A stretch of 64,000 bases of DNA. Source: Candidatus Latescibacterota bacterium. GTDB taxonomy: Bacteria; Latescibacterota; UBA2968; UBA8231. Position numbers and translations under genes: made by a program. The notes under the pieces were generated by a model that did no database searches, was not told where the DNA came from, and saw nothing but the letters and a program-made list of their open reading frames with translations. Location of the stretch: assembly GCA_965208105.1 (NCBI GenBank), contig OZ242318.1, positions 1,440,001 through 1,504,000 of the forward strand, read 5' to 3'. This document shows positions 62,515 through 64,000 of the stretch, in pieces (position 1 is the first letter of the stretch; every line of letters begins with the position of its first letter).

Positions 62515-64000
62515 ATGGCAATCGACCTCAAAAACCCGGATTTCTACATCAATCGCGAACTCTCCTGGCTGGACTTCAACCGGCGGGTCCTCGAGGAAGC
62601 GCAGGATCCCGGCAATCCTCTCCTGGAACGGGTAAAGTTCCTTGCCATCGTGGCCAACAATCTGGACGAGTTCTTCGAGGTCCGTGTAGCCGGCCTCCTG
62701 CAGATGCGCGAAGAGGGAACCCGCCCCACCGGTCCGGACCGCCTGCCCCCGGAGCAACAACTCGAAAGAATCGCCGGCAATGCCCATCGCCTGGTGGAGG
62801 ACCAGTACCGCTGCTGGAAAGAGGACCTGTTGCCCGCTCTTGCCCGAGAGGGGATCTACCTGTGGGAGGCGCGCAAGCTGGAGGGCGACCACCTGTCCTT
62901 CATCAGGAGCTACTGGAAGGAGGAACTCGAGCCGATTCTGACGCCCATAGTCGTCGACCCTGCCCATCCCTTCCCCCGGGTTATCAACAAGGCCCTCTGC
63001 ATCGGCGCCCTGCTCGAGGGGGAAGACCGGACCGCGCTGGGAGTAGCCACCGTGCCGCGGGTGCTGCCGCGGATCCTGCGGCTTCCCAACAAGGGGGAGG
63101 ATATCCATTTCGTCACCCTGGGCGGTATCATGGAGTTCCTGGTCAACGATCTGTTCAGCGGCCACCGTGTCCTCGGGACGGCAGCTTTCCGGATTACGCG
63201 CAACAGCGAGCTCTACGTCAACGAGGAAGAGGCCGACAACCTGCTGGAGGAGATCGTCCAGAAGCTCAACGACCGCCGCAAGGGAGACGCGGTGCGCCTC
63301 GAGATCGCCGCCAATGCTCCGAATCAGCTGGTGAAACAGCTTCAGGACCAATTCGAACTGGACGGCGACCAGGTCTACCGCGCCGACGGCCCGGTCAATC
63401 TCAACCGGGTAATGTCCATCTACGGCGACGTGCCGCGGCCGGACCTGAAGTTTTCGACCTTCGCGCCAGTGAAGCAGAATCTTCCCAGGGAACCGGAGGC
63501 CTTTTTCGGATCCGTGCGCCAACGCGATATCCTCCTGCATCACCCCTATGAATCCTTCGAAACTGTGATCGATTTCATCAACATGGCCGCCGAGGATCCC
63601 AAGGTCCTCGCCATAAAGCAGACCCTGTACAGGACCGGTGAGGACTCGAAGGTGGCTCAGGCTCTGGTCGATGCCGCCAATAACGGCAAGGAGGTGACGG
63701 TCCTGGTCGAGCTCAAGGCGCGCTTCGACGAAGCATCCAACGTGGAGAGAGCGAAGGTCTTCGAGGAGAGCGGCGTCCACGTGGTCTATGGAGTCATGGG
63801 CCTGAAGACCCACTGCAAGCTCTCCATGCTGGTGCGCCGGGACCGCGACCGGCTGCGGCGCTACGTGCACCTCGGGACCGGGAACTACAACCACATCACC
63901 GCGCGCTTCTACACGGACCTGGGATTGATCACCGCACGCTCCGACATCACCGCCGACGTGGCCAAAGTCTTCGACCTTCTAACCGCACGCGCTCCCCAGA
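62515..64000 (+). CDS. ppk1: Polyphosphate kinase 1 (3' end outside the window)
   Basis: YINRELSWLDFNRRVL, NLDEFFEVRVAGL, AHPFP, LLHHPYESF, ELKARFDE, HLGTGNYN. Confidence 0.95.
   Translation, partial: MAIDLKNPDFYINRELSWLDFNRRVLEEAQDPGNPLLERVKFLAIVANNLDEFFEVRVAGLLQMREEGTRPTGPDRLPPEQQLERIAGNAHRLVEDQYRCWKEDLLPALAREGIYLWEARKLEGDHLSFIRSYWKEELEPILTPIVVDPAHPFPRVINKALCIGALLEGEDRTALGVATVPRVLPRILRLPNKGEDIHFVTLGGIMEFLVNDLFSGHRVLGTAAFRITRNSELYVNEEEADNLLEEIVQKLNDRRKGDAVRLEIAANAPNQLVKQLQDQFELDGDQVYRADGPVNLNRVMSIYGDVPRPDLKFSTFAPVKQNLPREPEAFFGSVRQRDILLHHPYESFETVIDFINMAAEDPKVLAIKQTLYRTGEDSKVAQALVDAANNGKEVTVLVELKARFDEASNVERAKVFEESGVHVVYGVMGLKTHCKLSMLVRRDRDRLRRYVHLGTGNYNHITARFYTDLGLITARSDITADVAKVFDLLTARAPQ

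Overview
GC-rich chromosomal window from a diderm bacterium. The futalosine menaquinone genes, a FlgD-Ig/'YPNP'-tailed peptidase, a DGGGP-synthase-like UbiA protein and three PhyH dioxygenases suggest an FCB-group/Latescibacterota-like organism (inference). Most of the ~52 CDS are ordinary repair, metabolic and transport genes (xth, uvrA-like, mutM, clpP, RND efflux trio, ihfB-like, hisS, mqnB/mqnD, ppk1). The stand-out is 54755-58447: an ECF sigma factor followed 15 bp later by a single ~1028-aa protein that is a collinear, heavily trimmed fusion of RNA polymerase beta and beta'. It keeps both catalytic barrels (DFDGD, ED, GDK/HGxKG, SRxN), the sigma-2-binding clamp helices and part of the bridge helix, but lacks the flap, Zn-finger, jaw and trigger loop. 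It may be a self-contained mini-RNAP/sigma module or an RNAP-mimic anti-sigma. Also present: a ~167-bp MITE family (three copies) whose ends supply stop codons of flanking genes, a DtxR-like operator before a putative metal-uptake operon, and an in-frame UGA/ATC junction between rhodanese and a CysG-N-like gene. No rRNA, tRNA or CRISPR array was seen. All assignments come from motif recognition by eye, not database searches.
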